Shown piece after piece: positions 1 to 291 of a stretch of 291 nt of DNA (the first letter of the stretch is position 1; each line of letters starts with the position of its first letter). The stretch is from sequence record AF128885.1, one strand, 5' to 3'. The position numbers were made by a program, and so were the translations under genes. The DNA is from a phage. A model generated the notes under the pieces. It saw nothing but the letters and a program-made list of their open reading frames with translations, made no database searches and was not told the DNA's origin.

Positions 1-129
1 GGTACACCCGATATGGCACCCCGCCCGGCAGGCGTTCCTGCGCGTCCTTATATGGGGCTGGATAAGACCGGGGAACAGGAAATTTTTGATGCCATCAGAA
101 AACGCGTCAGCGCCGCTCTGAGGCAATAA
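1..129 (+). CDS. 3' end of a protein-coding gene, truncated at the left window edge; product not recognised
   Basis: Frame 1 is open from position 1 to TAA at 127-129 (42 codons plus stop): GTPDMAPRPAGVPARPYMGLDKTGEQEIFDAIRKRVSAALRQ*. The tail reads as a Pro/Ala/Arg-rich segment followed by a charged, helix-like stretch. GC content falls from about 57% to about 43% exactly at this stop. Internal ATGs at 13-15 and 52-54 have no purine-rich Shine-Dalgarno upstream, so a larger upstream gene is more likely than a small complete ORF. Caveat: frame 2 is also open (2-118, TGA at 119-121), so the frame is not certain; AGA and AGG codons are present. Confidence 0.5.
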   Translation, partial: GTPDMAPRPAGVPARPYMGLDKTGEQEIFDAIRKRVSAALRQ

Positions 130-219
130 ACTGAATCAGACATGAAATCAGCCGCACAGATTTTTTAAAACGCGCCTCGGGATTTTTAAACCGGTATTTA
201 ACGGTGTATGAATCCCGTT
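130..219. other. AT-rich spacer downstream of the CDS stop, with no credible ORF
   Basis: About 43% GC for 130-291 versus about 57% for 1-129 by hand count. Contains T6A4 (161-170) and T5A3 (183-190) blocks. The only ATG-initiated + strand ORFs are 8 and 16 codons and lack ribosome-binding sites. Confidence 0.5.
159..191. repeat. Two-copy direct repeat GAT(5-6)A(3-4)C, copies starting 22 bp apart
   Basis: Copy 1 is 159-171 gattttttaaaac and copy 2 is 181-191 gatttttaaac, identical apart from one extra T and one extra A in copy 1. Each T(n)A(n) core is self-complementary. The 22-bp start-to-start spacing is about two helical turns, so both copies would lie on the same DNA face. Confidence 0.6.
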
Positions 220-221
220 TT
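178..221 (+). terminator. Candidate Rho-independent terminator: extended imperfect hairpin followed by TTTT
   Basis: Perfect 7-bp inverted repeat cgggatt (178-184) / aatcccg (211-217), with the four G-C pairs at the stem base next to the T-run. The 26-nt intervening segment can pair further: 185-210 as a G-U wobble, 187-208, 188-207, and a 4-bp inner stem accg (190-193) / cggt (202-205) around an 8-nt loop gtatttaa (194-201). T-run tttt at 218-221 follows the stem directly, about 50 nt after the CDS stop. Caveats: the structure is longer and more interrupted than a canonical terminator hairpin, the T-run is short, and no free energy was computed. Confidence 0.35.
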
Positions 222-291
222 ATCTTCCTTTCACTTTCTTTCTCCAGTACTCAAATAGCATAACCCCAGATTTCCCCCGCACCTCCCGCTT
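220..291 (-). CDS. Possible 3' end of a convergent minus-strand ORF running off the right edge; weakly supported
   Basis: Minus-strand frame is open from the window edge for 23 codons, KREVRGKSGVMLFEYWRKKVKGR*, with stop TAA at + 222-220. The minus strand is purine-rich here, consistent with a sense strand. Against: only 72 nt, so chance openness is likely; many codons are rare for enterobacteria (AGA x2, CTA, GGA, GGG, CGG); the basic tail could simply reflect the purine tract. Confidence 0.15.
   Translation of the reverse strand, partial: KREVRGKSGVMLFEYWRKKVKGR
223..245. repeat. Homopyrimidine tract on the + strand with mirror symmetry, built from degenerate CTTT units
   Basis: Positions 223-245 tcttcctttcactttctttctcc contain a single purine (a233). 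Arms 223-232 and 234-243 are mirror images around a233 at 9 of 10 positions. CTTT recurs at 228-231, 234-237 and 238-241. Confidence 0.55.

Noticed and set aside
28-41. Small hairpin gcagg-cgtt-cctgc within the CDS
   Set aside because: A 5-bp stem in GC-rich coding sequence is expected by chance and has no flanking signal.
57-65. DnaA-box-like sequence TTATCCAGC on the minus strand
   Set aside because: Only 7 of 9 matches to TTATCCACA, a single copy, inside the coding region, with no accompanying AT-rich DUE or additional boxes.
2-121. + strand frame 2 also open (VHPIWHPARQAFLRVLIWGWIRPGNRKFLMPSENASAPL, stop TGA 119-121)
   Set aside because: The frame 1 product looks more protein-like and its stop coincides with the composition shift, but I cannot exclude frame 2 without homology data, so it is an uncertainty and not a separate feature.
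48-143. Minus-strand ORF of 31 codons (ATG at + 143-141, stop at + 50-48) antisense to the + strand CDS
   Set aside because: No ribosome-binding site, fully antisense to the better-supported + frame, and this length of open frame is expected by chance in GC-rich sequence.
131-146. LexA-box or IHF-site resemblance around CTGAATCAGACATGAA
   Set aside because: CTGT-N8-ACAG spacing is not satisfied, and the IHF consensus WATCAR-N4-TTR fails at the TTR position for both AATCAG copies.
142-168. + strand mini-ORF ATG 142-144 to TAA 166-168 (MKSAAQIF, 8 codons)
   Set aside because: Too short, no Shine-Dalgarno sequence upstream, and it runs into the T6A4 block; most likely chance.
185-212. Sigma70-like hexamers TTTAAA (185-190) and TATGAA (207-212) with 16-bp spacer
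   Set aside because: Both hexamers are weak matches (4/6 each) in an AT-rich region where such matches are common, and they lie inside the hairpin; not enough to call a promoter.
208-258. + strand mini-ORF ATG 208-210 to TAG 256-258 (MNPVLSSFHFLSPVLK, 16 codons)
   Set aside because: No usable ribosome-binding site (only ggtg immediately abutting the ATG), it lies inside the hairpin and the pyrimidine tract, and there is no type I toxin-like transmembrane character strong enough to call.
1-291. tRNA, rRNA, CRISPR repeats, IS terminal inverted repeats, REP/ERIC elements, retron msr-msd
   Set aside because: No T-arm or acceptor-like motifs, no repeat-spacer periodicity, no terminal inverted repeats between the window ends (the edge similarity is direct, not inverted), and no match to REP/ERIC consensus as I recall them.

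Overview
This 291-bp window contains no complete gene and no recognisable multi-component system; I cannot identify a novel system from it. Positions 1-129 look like the 3' end of a + strand protein-coding gene (frame 1, stop TAA at 127-129), with GC content about 57% by hand count. The encoded 42-residue C-terminus (GTPDMAPRPAGVPARPYMGLDKTGEQEIFDAIRKRVSAALRQ) is not one I can assign to a family from memory. At the stop codon the composition drops to about 43% GC in an AT-rich spacer (130-222). That spacer holds the most structured sequence in the window: a two-copy direct repeat of GAT(5-6)A(3-4)C 22 bp apart, and a 40-nt imperfect hairpin closed by a perfect 7-bp inverted repeat (CGGGATT/AATCCCG) followed by TTTT, which is a candidate intrinsic terminator. 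Downstream is a + strand homopyrimidine tract with mirror symmetry and a run of C-tracts. A 23-codon open frame on the minus strand reaches the right edge and could be the end of a convergent gene, but support is weak. No tRNA, rRNA, CRISPR repeat, IS terminal repeat or known REP/ERIC-type element was recognised. All calls are by eye; no database search or folding computation was possible.
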